Shown here: positions 1 through 9,362 of the stretch, piece after piece
Position numbering within the stretch: the stretch's first letter is position 1
Layout of the letters: the number at the start of each line of letters is the position of its first letter
IMG/VR virus record: IMGVR_UViG_3300010389_000001
Location: 1 to 64,000 of that record
Length of the DNA stretch: 64,000 nt
Reading direction: 5' to 3' (one strand)
Notes under the pieces: generated by a model
The model's input: the letters and a program-made list of their open reading frames with translations, nothing else
What the model was told of the DNA's origin: nothing
The model's database searches: none
Made by a program: the position numbers and the translations under genes

Positions 1-44
1 CACGTAAGGAGTCGTCGGCAGCGTCAGATGTGTATAAGAGACAG
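1..44 (+). other. Illumina Nextera i5 adapter/index plus Tn5 mosaic end (sequencing artefact)
   Basis: CAC-GTAAGGAG-TCGTCGGCAGCGTCAGATGTGTATAAGAGACAG is the end of P5, an 8-nt index and the Nextera read-1 adapter. Confidence 0.97.
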
Positions 45-452
45 GTTAAAGATGTTAATTTTGCATTGAAATTAAAAGAAAAATTAACAAAATATAATTT
101 TAATATAATGGGACATCCCAAACCATATAACTATAAGAAACATATTGATGAAGCAAAGCTGGCAAAACTATACATAAGCACCTCTATTTCTGAGACAAAA
201 TCTCAAACTCTTATGGAAAGTTGGGCAAGCGGAGTTCCGTCGGTTACTCACCCAAAAGTTTATCTGCATGGAATAAATTATGAAACCGGAATAATAACAA
301 ACAAGACTATAGAGGATTATGCAGAAGCTATAGCTGAAATAATGGAAAATTCAATTTTGCACAGTCGCCTTTCAAATGGAGCTTATCAGTTTTGCATAAA
401 CAATTTTTCTAAAGATGTCCTCCTGAGGCAATATAGCGATCTAATTAAATAG
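45..452 (+). CDS. Glycosyltransferase family 1 (GT-B) C-terminal part, 5'-truncated
   Basis: SISETKSQTLMESWASGVPSV resembles the GT4 E-x7-E motif, followed by ETGII; the listed ATG lies inside the adapter. Confidence 0.75.
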   Translation, partial: VKDVNFALKLKEKLTKYNFNIMGHPKPYNYKKHIDEAKLAKLYISTSISETKSQTLMESWASGVPSVTHPKVYLHGINYETGIITNKTIEDYAEAIAEIMENSILHSRLSNGAYQFCINNFSKDVLLRQYSDLIK

Positions 453-544
453 TTATATTAATAACTACACAATCTACAGATAGTTTAGTTTGCTACAGCC
501 AAATTGACTGTAAGCATTTTACTTTTTAAAATGTTTGTGCAGTT

Positions 545-772
545 ATGAAAAAAAGATTTTTATTGTTAAGCTCAAAAAGATCAGGTATAGTGAAGTCTGT
601 AATAAAGTTCAAATTAGAGTTTTATGAAAAAGAAAAGCGCAGCGCATGTTGGAATGACTTAAAGAAAAAACTCTTATCGGATCTTAAAGAAGAAGGGCTT
701 GATAGAGAGGAGATAAGAGAAGCTATAAATCTTGCTTATATAGAATGGGGAAGATTATCTAGAATCAGGTAG
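545..772 (+). CDS. Hypothetical protein
   Basis: 75-aa ORF in gene-dense context. Confidence 0.5.
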   Translation: MKKRFLLLSSKRSGIVKSVIKFKLEFYEKEKRSACWNDLKKKLLSDLKEEGLDREEIREAINLAYIEWGRLSRIR

Positions 773-824
773 TCTAACAAAGCATTTAAGCTATTAATAT
801 TTTAGCCTAACCTGAGAGAAGGCT

Positions 825-1169
825 ATGTTTCCAATATTCGTAGAAAATAGCAAGATTCCAGTTATAGCTTCTTATTTTAATTCTATTGATACTTGGGCTA
901 TTTCAATTGGCTTTTTTGTATTTTGTCGGGGTGAAATAAGTGACTTAACGCGCCGGCACGAAACTATTCATTATCACCAGTGGCGGGAGCTTGGATTTGT
1001 TCTCTTCCCTTTGCTGTATGGGCTTTACTACTTTTTTAATATGGCGAAGGGAATGAGCGAAGAAGAAGCTTATTACGCCATTCCGTTTGAAAGAGAAGCT
1101 TACGATCACCAGGAGACAGAGGGCTACCTTGAGTCTAGAAGATTTTTTGCCTGGATCGATCACATTTGA
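825..1169 (+). CDS. Small HExxH zincin-like membrane-associated protein
   Basis: RHETIHYHQ and PFEREAY motifs plus a hydrophobic segment. Confidence 0.65.
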   Translation: MFPIFVENSKIPVIASYFNSIDTWAISIGFFVFCRGEISDLTRRHETIHYHQWRELGFVLFPLLYGLYYFFNMAKGMSEEEAYYAIPFEREAYDHQETEGYLESRRFFAWIDHI

Positions 1170-1385
1170 TTATTTTTGGAGTTATTTAATAATGAATATC
1201 ATCATTAAATTTACATTTTTATGCCTAATTTCCTCAGCCTTTTTTATTCCAGCCTGCTCCAGTGCTGCAAAAAAGAAGCAAAAAGCCAATGCTGCAAAGC
1301 AGGCTGCAGAAGATGAAATTCTGGATATGCTTGAAGAAATAGAATTTGACGAAGATCTCCCCGAAGATACTGGAGCATAAAGATT

Positions 1386-2033
1386 ATGAGAAATAGGCTC
1401 AATAAGCTATCATATTTTTTAAAAATAGCGTCAGAAGATGAAGATCCGATCACATCAAAATCTAGATTAGATCGACTGGATCACCTTCTAAAGCTGGCAA
1501 GCAAATTAGGTCCAGAAAATAAGAGATCCCCCTATAAGGCTATCTTTAAAGTTGCCGGGGAATTTGAAGGGCAATGCAAAATCTACAATGTAGAGGAAGA
1601 CTCTGAAGGCGAAGCCTTGGAGGAAGAGGGCTTAGATTATTACAAGATTCTAGATGATATAGAAAACCTATTCGAGGCTGTTGGAATAAGAATATCTAGA
1701 AACGAAGGATTCTATGAAGCGTGCATAAGCCCAGATAAAAAGGTCATGGGGGCTTCTGTTTTATCTAAAGAAATCTACGACGGAGAGCCAAAGTTAAGAT
1801 TCTCTGTTGCCGTCTCACCAGAAGCTCAGAACAAAGGAATTGGAAGATTTCTTACTGAGAGCATTGTGAATGAGAACAAGGCAGAATGGGCTATTGAAGC
1901 TTGGGTTGTAAATCCAAATATGGCCAAATTATTAGAGAGCCTTGGTTTCGAGGTCCAGGGCGGAGGCGAATGGTCCCAGCATAATCCCATAATGGAATTA
2001 CCAGGATCCGGCAGCTTGGATTGGCTAAATTAG
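1386..2033 (+). CDS. GNAT-family acetyltransferase with leader-like N-terminus
   Basis: VAVSPEAQNKGIGRFL (acetyl-CoA motif A) and LLESLGFE. Confidence 0.75.
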   Translation: MRNRLNKLSYFLKIASEDEDPITSKSRLDRLDHLLKLASKLGPENKRSPYKAIFKVAGEFEGQCKIYNVEEDSEGEALEEEGLDYYKILDDIENLFEAVGIRISRNEGFYEACISPDKKVMGASVLSKEIYDGEPKLRFSVAVSPEAQNKGIGRFLTESIVNENKAEWAIEAWVVNPNMAKLLESLGFEVQGGGEWSQHNPIMELPGSGSLDWLN

Positions 2034-2068
2034 AAAAAATTTTATAAGACTTTATTTAATCATTTTAT

Positions 2069-2102
2069 AAGCAAGGGCCTTATTGATAGCCCTTGCTTTT
2101 TT
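2069..2102 (+). terminator. Rho-independent terminator
   Basis: AAGCAAGGGC/GCCCTTGCTT stem followed by a T-tract. Confidence 0.65.
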
Positions 2103-2436
2103 GATATTTAAAAGCCAAAATTAAATATATAACTTATAAGCAAAAGGGGCAATCCAACTAGGTTTGTCCTAGCCTTTAAATTAGTATCCTTTTTCTTAAT
2201 GATTTTCATCATTATTTTAAAGCTTTCTTAACTTATTCTTAGATAGATGATCCTTATATCCTTAAAAACCCTTGATTATCAATCTTTTTTATTTTATATG
2301 GTTTTATACAAAATTTATAAAGTGGGATAAAGTGGTAGCCCCGTGTGAATAAGTGGGAAAAAGGGGCAAGACAACCCTCGATTTTTATACTAATAAAATG
2401 GCGAGGAATGCAAAGGGAATTTTGAAGGAGTCTGAT

Positions 2437-3108
2437 ATGATGAATAGGTTATCTTATATTTCAAGCTACTTAAAACTGAATGGCTTCGAGGCGGAAGCAA
2501 GTTTGGTTAAGCGCCTGATAAAGCAAGCCAAAGAAGAGAAGCAAGAAATCATAATTAGCTTTATTGAGAACTTTGACAAAAGGCACATAGGAGAAGGAGC
2601 AACCCATTCTCAATTCAATGGAACCAAGGAAGAGTTGGAAGATCTAATTCGAAAAAACCTTCACAGAAGGGTTCCTTCGGGTCAAAGGAAAGATACTTTT
2701 ATCGTGCCCTTACCGCCCGATAATTTTCGCTCGGGCTTGGTAACGGTTGATCCAAATGATCCGGATGTTTATGAGGTAGAGCAACATCAGCTTGATAATC
2801 CCAGATTACCCCTAATAACCACAAGGTATGTAAAGAACAGGGAAAAGCCCCAGGCCAAAATTGCCCAAGCAGTAATAACAATGAATGACCTGCATTATGA
2901 TGAAAGGGAAAATGCCTTCAAGACCCTCGTAACCGTCGTTACCATAATCGCTTCCGATATAGAAAACGAGCCAATGAACCCCCAGGCAATGGAAAGAAAC
3001 AAATCCTATGGCATGGATACCCGATCCGAAGATGATTACCAAGCCGCCCTGGAAGAATCCAAAAAATATTGGGCAAGCAAAGCTTTCCCGGCCCCAAAAG
3101 GGAAATAA
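2437..3108 (+). CDS. Hypothetical protein with shared N-terminal leader
   Basis: AAGGAG RBS before ATG 2437; MMNRLSYISSYLKLNGFEAEASLVKRLIKQA. Confidence 0.7.
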   Translation: MMNRLSYISSYLKLNGFEAEASLVKRLIKQAKEEKQEIIISFIENFDKRHIGEGATHSQFNGTKEELEDLIRKNLHRRVPSGQRKDTFIVPLPPDNFRSGLVTVDPNDPDVYEVEQHQLDNPRLPLITTRYVKNREKPQAKIAQAVITMNDLHYDERENAFKTLVTVVTIIASDIENEPMNPQAMERNKSYGMDTRSEDDYQAALEESKKYWASKAFPAPKGK

Positions 3109-3704
3109 GAGTTGGGAGATTTAATTTCTTTAAAAGATTGGGCGGCCAGGGCCAAAGAAGCCAAAGAAGCCAAAGATCCAAGCAAGCCTCTTTATCCCAT
3201 TCTTTTTTTAACCCCAACCCAATGGGATATCCTTTTGGAAAACCAAACCCTCCCCGCCATTCTTTTTTTAACCGAAGAAGAAATTGATGCCCTGCCCCAA
3301 ACCATCCCCGACCCAAATGAATTAAAGAAAGAAAAAAGAGCCCTTTCCGTGGCCGCGCTTCTTTGGGCCATGACGCCCAAGGGCTAACCCCCAAAAGCAA
3401 TCCAAATTAAATTATCCCGGGTTTAATTTTTTGATAAGAAATAATAAATTCCCCGGTGTAATAAGAAAGGTTAAGATCTAAAGATTCCCCAATACTATAA
3501 GAAATAGAAATCCTCTCTCGCACCAAAGTTATTTCTTATTAAGCATAAGTCTTACCTAACCAAATAAGACGGAGCTTTTATATTAAAGATCTAACCATAT
3601 ACCCATAGATTTCCCTTTAAGCTAAAGAAATGTTTTATTTCTTATGGGTTAGCCATAATGCAAAACCTTAGTCTGTTTATAGTGCAGAATCTTATTAGGG
3701 TAGG

Positions 3705-3832
3705 CTGCAAAGCTTTAATGGATTTAAAAAAACTGCAAAGCTTTATTTGGGATATACTGCAAAGCTTAAAAAAACTGCATAGCTTTATTTAATGCAGAAA
3801 ACTGCAAAGCTTAAAAAAACTGCAAATCTTTT
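3705..3832 (+). repeat. About six direct repeats of CTGCAAAGCTT in AT-rich non-coding DNA
   Basis: Copies or variants at 3705, 3733, 3757, 3775, 3802, 3820. Confidence 0.8.
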
Positions 3833-3893
3833 TTGGTGCAGAAAATGGGGGTGACGGAGGTACCGCGCTGGCGCGCGGTGTCAAGTGGGAATA

Positions 3894-4071
3894 TGTCATA
3901 TAATTGTAAAAATTTGGTCAAATGTTTGTCAAGCAAATGTCAAGAGAATGTCAAGTGTCAAAAGGTTGTCAAGTGTTTGTAAAGTGTTTGTCAAAAGGTT
4001 GTAAAGCAAATGTCAAAAGTATGTCAAAGTTATGTGACGGGCTGTCACACATTTGTCACACGACTGTCACA
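3894..4071 (+). repeat. Array of 17 TGTCA-like pentamers at an 11-bp period (Pho-box-like)
   Basis: Units at 3894, 3905, 3916, 3927, 3938, 3949 / 3956, 3967, 3978, 3989, 4000, 4011, 4022, 4033 / 4043, 4054, 4065. Confidence 0.85.
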
Positions 4072-4078
4072 TAAGAAA

Positions 4079-4107
4079 TTGATCTCATATCCTAGTCCGG
4101 TTATATA
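4079..4107 (+). promoter_or_regulatory. First copy of the conserved phage promoter TTG-N5-TATCC-N6-GGTTATA
   Basis: TTGATC, 17-bp spacer, TATATA; the motif recurs before most early genes (5316, 5887, 6616, 7073, 8587, 9310, 10516, 11314, 12330, 12835, 15362, 15968, 17257 and later variants). Confidence 0.8.
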
Positions 4108-4153
4108 GTTGGCGAGGGGGCAACGCTTCACCCGCCCCGCTCTGGAGGTTCCC

Positions 4154-5074
4154 ATGGCCGTTGCATCCAAGCGTATCGTCGAGAACACCCTGGTCGCGAC
4201 CCTCGCGGCTCGCGGGTGGGCAGCAGGGGGTTCCCCCCTGGCCCAATCGTGGGCCACCGGTTGGGCGGCCCGTTGGGCCGTCGCTATCGAGGCGTCCTCC
4301 GAACGGGGGGAAGGCAAGTACAATTACACCCTGCTCGCCGAGCCCTTCAATTGCGGGCGTGGTATGCAGGTCTGGGATGCTGCATCCCCTAGCGGTCTCC
4401 TGCTGTCTATCAAGGGCAGTGCGAACCCGGACGCCATGCCGGGTACGGTCCACGTTACCACGGGGAAGCCCGTGGAGGGTGTTATCTCGGCGGCGCGCCG
4501 TGGAGCGCGCATCCCCATTGCCTTCGCTCGGGGCTACGTCGCGCCGGGCTCCGTTCCGGCCGGTACGGAGGGGGCTATCCGCCCCGCCGAAGGGGTGCAG
4601 GTCAAGGTGTTTGACCTGGGTCCTGCAATCCGTGCGTGCGCGGATATTCGAGTCCGTCGTGAGCGGGGGCACGGTGATACCGTGTATTTCGGGATCACCA
4701 GCGCGGGATACCGCGTTCTAAAGGTGAACCTGGCGCACCTCCGGCCCCTCACCGGGTGGCTGGACGCCGCCGGCCTGGACGCATGGGCGAGCGACCAGCC
4801 GGTGGGCTGGTCCAGGAAGGACCGGCACGCTGTCGCCCAAAAAGCCGGAGTCCGGTTGTTCACCAACCACCAGGTGCGCGTGGCCGGGCGCCACGTCTGC
4901 ACGCTTCAGCCGGAAGAGGCAGCCCTCCTTCGGCAGCTCCTCGACGCCCCCGAGGGCGAGTACGTCCGCTTCTGCCGAGTGCAGAAGAACAAGCTCGCTA
5001 ACAAGCTGCGCGGGCATGTGTCCATCCAGAGCAAGAGGAAGACTAAGAAGTGCGAAGGGGGCTACTACCTCTAG
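4154..5074 (+). CDS. Hypothetical protein with possible OmpR/PhoB-type winged-helix C-terminus
   Basis: GGAGGT RBS; C-terminal QVRVAGRHVCTLQPEEAALLRQLL...KLANKL...IQSKRK...GGYYL resembles Trans_reg_C, with a shortened central helix. Confidence 0.55.
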   Translation: MAVASKRIVENTLVATLAARGWAAGGSPLAQSWATGWAARWAVAIEASSERGEGKYNYTLLAEPFNCGRGMQVWDAASPSGLLLSIKGSANPDAMPGTVHVTTGKPVEGVISAARRGARIPIAFARGYVAPGSVPAGTEGAIRPAEGVQVKVFDLGPAIRACADIRVRRERGHGDTVYFGITSAGYRVLKVNLAHLRPLTGWLDAAGLDAWASDQPVGWSRKDRHAVAQKAGVRLFTNHQVRVAGRHVCTLQPEEAALLRQLLDAPEGEYVRFCRVQKNKLANKLRGHVSIQSKRKTKKCEGGYYL

Positions 5075-5099
5075 CCCCCGGGCGTCCTCACGCCCATAC

Positions 5100-5137
5100 G
5101 CCCATCGATCCCCCCGGGGGTCGGTGGGCTTTTTTTT
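5100..5137 (+). terminator. Rho-independent terminator
   Basis: GC-rich hairpin and T8 tract after the stop codon. Confidence 0.7.
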
Positions 5138-5366
5138 GTAAACATTTTGCCCCCCCATGGGGGCGTGTGTGCTCGCTCCCTACGGTCGCCGGGCAAACTG
5201 TTTACATAAGCAAGTGTCAAGAAAGGGTCAAGAAAGCTTGACGCTTGTGCGTATGCGGTTAGGGCTCCCTTTCTTTCGTTGGGGCAATCTGTTTACACAA
5301 GCATGTGAGCAAAAATTGATCTCTTATCCTAGTCGGGTTATATGGTAGTGTAAGAAGGAGCAAGCA

Positions 5367-5690
5367 ATGCAGCCTGAAGCCCCCCACACCCTTCCACACC
5401 CGCCTGCAGGCTGGGTGTGGGAATTCGAAACTTTCCCAAGCGGATGGGTCGAGGTAGACGGACTCGTGTCCGCGCTCGATGCCGATGGGCCGCGCGTGTC
5501 CATCTTCGAGCCGGGCGTCGACCCTGCCGAGGACCTCGATTGGGAAATTATCCTTAGCGCTTCGCGCGTGGACGCGGACGAGGAAAACAACCTCGCTCGC
5601 GAAGAGTTCCCCCGGGGGACCCCGCGCGAGGTGGTGCTGGCCTGCGCAGTGGAGCTAGCTCGCTCATTCGTGAGCCTTAGCCAGCCCTGA
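5367..5690 (+). CDS. Hypothetical early protein
   Basis: Conserved promoter at 5316 and AAGGAG RBS. Confidence 0.7.
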   Translation: MQPEAPHTLPHPPAGWVWEFETFPSGWVEVDGLVSALDADGPRVSIFEPGVDPAEDLDWEIILSASRVDADEENNLAREEFPRGTPREVVLACAVELARSFVSLSQP

Positions 5691-5934
5691 CGGCCCCCCC
5701 CGGGTAGCAAGAGCTACCCGGGGGCATTGTTCGCTCTGGAATTGTAAACATTTTGCCCGGGGCATCCAGCCCCCGTGACGGCCTCCGGTGGGCGGCTGGG
5801 CAATCTATTTACATAAGCATGTGATGCTTCGGGCAAAATAGTTACATAGAGTTACACGCGTGCGGGCAAACCATTTACAGAGATTATTGATCTCTTATCC
5901 TAGTCGGGTTATATAGAAGTGTAAGGAGGTTGCC

Positions 5935-6432
5935 ATGCTGAACACCCGAGAAACCCAGCCCACCCTGATTATCGTCAGGGGACTCCCGGGCGCGGGCAAG
6001 AGCACCATCGCCGAGGAATTCGGCGCGCCCGTGCGGGAAGCTGACAAGTTTCCCGGGCTCTACACGTACCACTCCGATGGGCGCGTGGAGTTCCACGGCA
6101 TGAGCCGCATCGAGGGGATGCCGATGATAGCCAGGGCTCACACCTGGTGTCAAAACCAGGTTCGCGAAGACTTGTCTCGGCTGCCGCCTGTGGCGGTCGT
6201 TGCGAATACTTTCACGCAGGGCTGGGAGTTTGCGCCCTACGTGGAGATTGCGAAGGCTGCGGGAGCCCGCATTGTTGTTATCGACGTGTTCGATTCGGGC
6301 TACACCGATGAGGAGTTGGCCGACCGGAACACCCATGGTGTTCCCGAGCACGTTATCGCCCGTATGCGGGCCAATTGGGAGACCGATTGGCGAGCCGCCG
6401 ACCCCCGGCCCCCTTGGGAGAGGGGAGAGTAG
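5935..6432 (+). CDS. P-loop kinase/ATPase (AAA_33-like)
   Basis: Walker A RGLPGAGKST; VVANTF and RNTHGVP motifs. Confidence 0.85.
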   Translation: MLNTRETQPTLIIVRGLPGAGKSTIAEEFGAPVREADKFPGLYTYHSDGRVEFHGMSRIEGMPMIARAHTWCQNQVREDLSRLPPVAVVANTFTQGWEFAPYVEIAKAAGARIVVIDVFDSGYTDEELADRNTHGVPEHVIARMRANWETDWRAADPRPPWERGE

Positions 6433-6663
6433 GAGCCGCCCCTCCGGGGGCAATCCATTTACATAAGTGTGTAAACATTTTGCCCGGGTCTTTGACTGGA
6501 GCTGGCCTCCCGCCGGGCAATCTATTTACATAAGCATGTTATGCTTCGGGCAAAATGGTTACACAAGTTATACAGGGTCTCGGGCAAAATGGTTACAAAA
6601 GCATGTGAGCAATAATTGCTCTCTTATCCTAGTCGGGTTATAGGGTAGTGTAAGGAGGTTACC

Positions 6664-6978
6664 ATGGGAAACAAGGTTGTGGTTAATAGCTGCTACGGCG
6701 GCTTCAATCTGTCCGAGGACGCGAAGCGGCTGTTCAATCAGATCCAGATTGACCGGCACCTGCCGGTCACGGATTGGGATGCGATCTGGGTGGGCGACAT
6801 CCCGAGGCACCACCCGATCCTGGTTCGGGTGGTGGAGCTGCTGGGCGAGAGGGCCGGAGAACGCTACTCCGATCTCCGGGTCGTGGAGATTCCTGGGAAT
6901 CAGTACCTGATTTCCGAGTATGATGGATTTGAGTCGATCCAGACTCCGGAGGGGATGAACTGGACCTTCATTGACTGA
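6664..6978 (+). CDS. Conserved phage hypothetical protein
   Basis: KVVVNSCYGGFNLS, RHHPILVRVVE, EYDGFE; own promoter and RBS. Confidence 0.75.
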   Translation: MGNKVVVNSCYGGFNLSEDAKRLFNQIQIDRHLPVTDWDAIWVGDIPRHHPILVRVVELLGERAGERYSDLRVVEIPGNQYLISEYDGFESIQTPEGMNWTFID

Positions 6979-7123
6979 GGGTCGCCCCTCCGGGGCAATC
7001 TATTTACATAAGTATGTAAACAGTTTGCCCGAGCATTCCTTGGGAGCCCAGGCAATCTATTTACTCAGATTATTGATCTCTTATCCTAGTCGGGTTATAG
7101 GATAGTGTGAAAAGGAGAAGGCA

Positions 7124-7348
7124 ATGCCCTACGCTGACGACGGACAACTCTACCGCGCGCGAATCAGTGAAATCCTCTCGCGCCTGAACGAGATGCGCGA
7201 TGCACAGCTCCAGCGCACGCTGGAGGCCGCTCGCAGCGGCAATATGGTTGATCCGACGGTGATCGAGTATGATCACCAGAGCGCCGTGTACGAGATGCTC
7301 GCGGACGCCATCCAGGTGGTGGTGGAGGTGGCCTACGCTCCCCGGTAG
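7124..7348 (+). CDS. Hypothetical early protein
   Basis: Promoter at 7073 and AGGAG RBS. Confidence 0.7.
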   Translation: MPYADDGQLYRARISEILSRLNEMRDAQLQRTLEAARSGNMVDPTVIEYDHQSAVYEMLADAIQVVVEVAYAPR

Positions 7349-7544
7349 GCCGGCGCTCCGTCTGGAGGCCCCTCGCGGGGCAATCTGTTTACATACTTAT
7401 GTAACTATTTTGCCCGAGGCAGCGTTGTGATATTCGGGCAATCTATTTACATAAGTGCTCTGCCTTGAAAAGCAAAATATTTACAGAGAAATTCATTGAC
7501 TCTCACAGCTCACCTTGTTATGATAATGAAGTAAGGAGGTTTCC

Positions 7545-7898
7545 ATGACTGATTACGCCGACCTTGTTTCTCAGGCCGACCGGGCGCGGGCAGACATCGC
7601 GCACCTTCATCAACTCCATCTTTGGGACGGGGTTGACGTGTCAGCGGCGCTGGCTATGGCAGAGAAGCATCTAGTATGGATTGAGGAGCAGCTCACCGCT
7701 GCTACCATCGAGGTCATTCATGACATCGGCACGGCCCGCTGGAAGGAGCTTCCGGTGCCCGAAGTCTACAGCCCCGAATGGGAGAAATATTCTGCCCTCT
7801 CGCAGAAGCTTGACTCTGCTCGCCGCTACCTCGCCCAGCTCCGGCAGCTCGGCTTCCCGGCAGTACGCTGGTACCACGCTCCCCGCTTCCATGGCTAG
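7545..7898 (+). CDS. Hypothetical early protein
   Basis: TAAGGAGGT RBS; TTGACT-type promoter upstream. Confidence 0.7.
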   Translation: MTDYADLVSQADRARADIAHLHQLHLWDGVDVSAALAMAEKHLVWIEEQLTAATIEVIHDIGTARWKELPVPEVYSPEWEKYSALSQKLDSARRYLAQLRQLGFPAVRWYHAPRFHG

Positions 7899-8073
7899 CG
7901 GGGGGTTTCCCAGAATTGTAAATGATTTGCCCCGGGACTCTGTCCCGGGCCCCGGCTTCCAGCCGGGCAATCTATTTACATAAATGCGCTCCTTTGAAAA
8001 GAAAAATATTTACAGAGAAATCTGTTGCCCCTTTTGGTCAGCTCTGTTATGTAAGTAGAGTAAGGAGGACACT

Positions 8074-8451
8074 ATGTCGGTTCACACTTTTGAATCCTTC
8101 GAACTCTTTCACCACCTTCCGGCGGATGCCCTCGCGGGCCTGCCATTCGCGGTGGCGGAGAAAATGGATTTGGATTTCGTCGAGTGGGGCGGCGTCCATG
8201 GCGAGATCAGCGCGAAGCGCCTCGCGGACGCTGGCATCGAGGATCTCTCTAAGTGGGAGGTTATCGGAGGCAAGCTCATCGACCACAGCGGTTGGTGTGA
8301 CTTCGAGCAGAAAATGGAGTTTCACTATGAGGATCTTCGGATCCTAGTGCGCAAGTCTCATCTCGCGGAAGCCCAGCGGGCTTTCTGCGATGGCCCAGCT
8401 CTGACCCATAATCCTTTTGCGGCCGCTCTCTCGAATCTTCGGGGAGGCTGA
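8074..8451 (+). CDS. Hypothetical early protein
   Basis: TAAGGAGG RBS. Confidence 0.7.
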   Translation: MSVHTFESFELFHHLPADALAGLPFAVAEKMDLDFVEWGGVHGEISAKRLADAGIEDLSKWEVIGGKLIDHSGWCDFEQKMEFHYEDLRILVRKSHLAEAQRAFCDGPALTHNPFAAALSNLRGG

Positions 8452-8639
8452 GGCCTCCGGCCGGGCAAATTATTTACTTAAGTGTGTAAATGGTTTGCCC
8501 GGGTCTTTGGCTAGAGCCGGCCTCCGGCCGGGCAAACCATTTACCGTAATCTGTATGGTGTTCGGGCAATCTATTTACAGAGATTATTGATCCCTTATCC
8601 TAGTCGGGTTATGAGGCAGTGTGAACCCAGGAGGACACC

Positions 8640-8846
8640 ATGGCACGCATCCGCACCACTTACCAGCCCACTCCCGGCGCCAGCGAGGACCAGGTCCTCC
8701 AAATCGCATTTCGGTGCGGCCGGGACCTCGACCCCGACGATCGCCGTGCGCGGTGGATCGATGCCCTCGATGGCGCAGCCTACACGGCTGCGGTGGAGGC
8801 CTACCATGCAGGCCAGGCCGAGGCCTATGAGTGTGAGGGCTGGTAG
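8640..8846 (+). CDS. Hypothetical early protein
   Basis: Promoter at 8587 and AGGAGG RBS. Confidence 0.65.
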   Translation: MARIRTTYQPTPGASEDQVLQIAFRCGRDLDPDDRRARWIDALDGAAYTAAVEAYHAGQAEAYECEGW

Positions 8847-8915
8847 CCACCGGCCCGGCCGGGCAAACTATTTACAGAGTAAACATTTTGTTTTGCAAAT
8901 AGTTTGCCCCGGGGC

Positions 8916-9125
8916 TCAGTCTCCCTTGACGGTGCCCCGACAAGCCTTCCGGCTTTGCTCCTTTCGAGCATCCCCGTGGGATCCGGCCCGTCCAGAGTTC
9001 CCGAGAATCATCCCGAGCACTTCGAGGTTCCGTCGAGCCGGGGCAATTTGTTTACCGTTTTCCATTGCCCTCCGACGGGCGCGAGCCTTCCGAGCCTTCC
9101 GACGTTGCTTGTTTGAGCGCGACAT
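8916..9125 (-). CDS. Small Arg-rich basic protein (inverted module)
   Basis: AGGAGGT RBS on the minus strand; MSRSNKQRRKARKARARRR. Confidence 0.6.
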   Translation of the reverse strand: MSRSNKQRRKARKARARRRAMENGKQIAPARRNLEVLGMILGNSGRAGSHGDARKEQSRKACRGTVKGD

Positions 9126-9362
9126 GGCTACCTCCTAAGGAGGATTAACACGATGAACCGGGAAGGCTAGGAGAAATATCATCCGGGCAAATTATTTACA
9201 AATCCTTATTCGGGTGTCGGGCAAACTATTTACAAAGGCGTGTCAAGGCTTCGGGCAAACTATTTACACAAGTTGCACAGGGCTTCGAACAAAATGTTTA
9301 CATAGAAAATTGATCTCTTATCCTAGTCCGGTTATGTAGTAGTGCCACGAAGGAGAAGTATC

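Noticed and set aside
1-44. Tn5 mosaic end suggesting a transposon, and the ORF start at 30
   Set aside because: Matches the Nextera adapter and index; a library artefact
2322-2366. GTGGG-N5-GTGG repeats resembling MraZ boxes (similar purine runs near 36433-36494)
   Set aside because: Too few and degenerate, and no mraZ-like gene nearby
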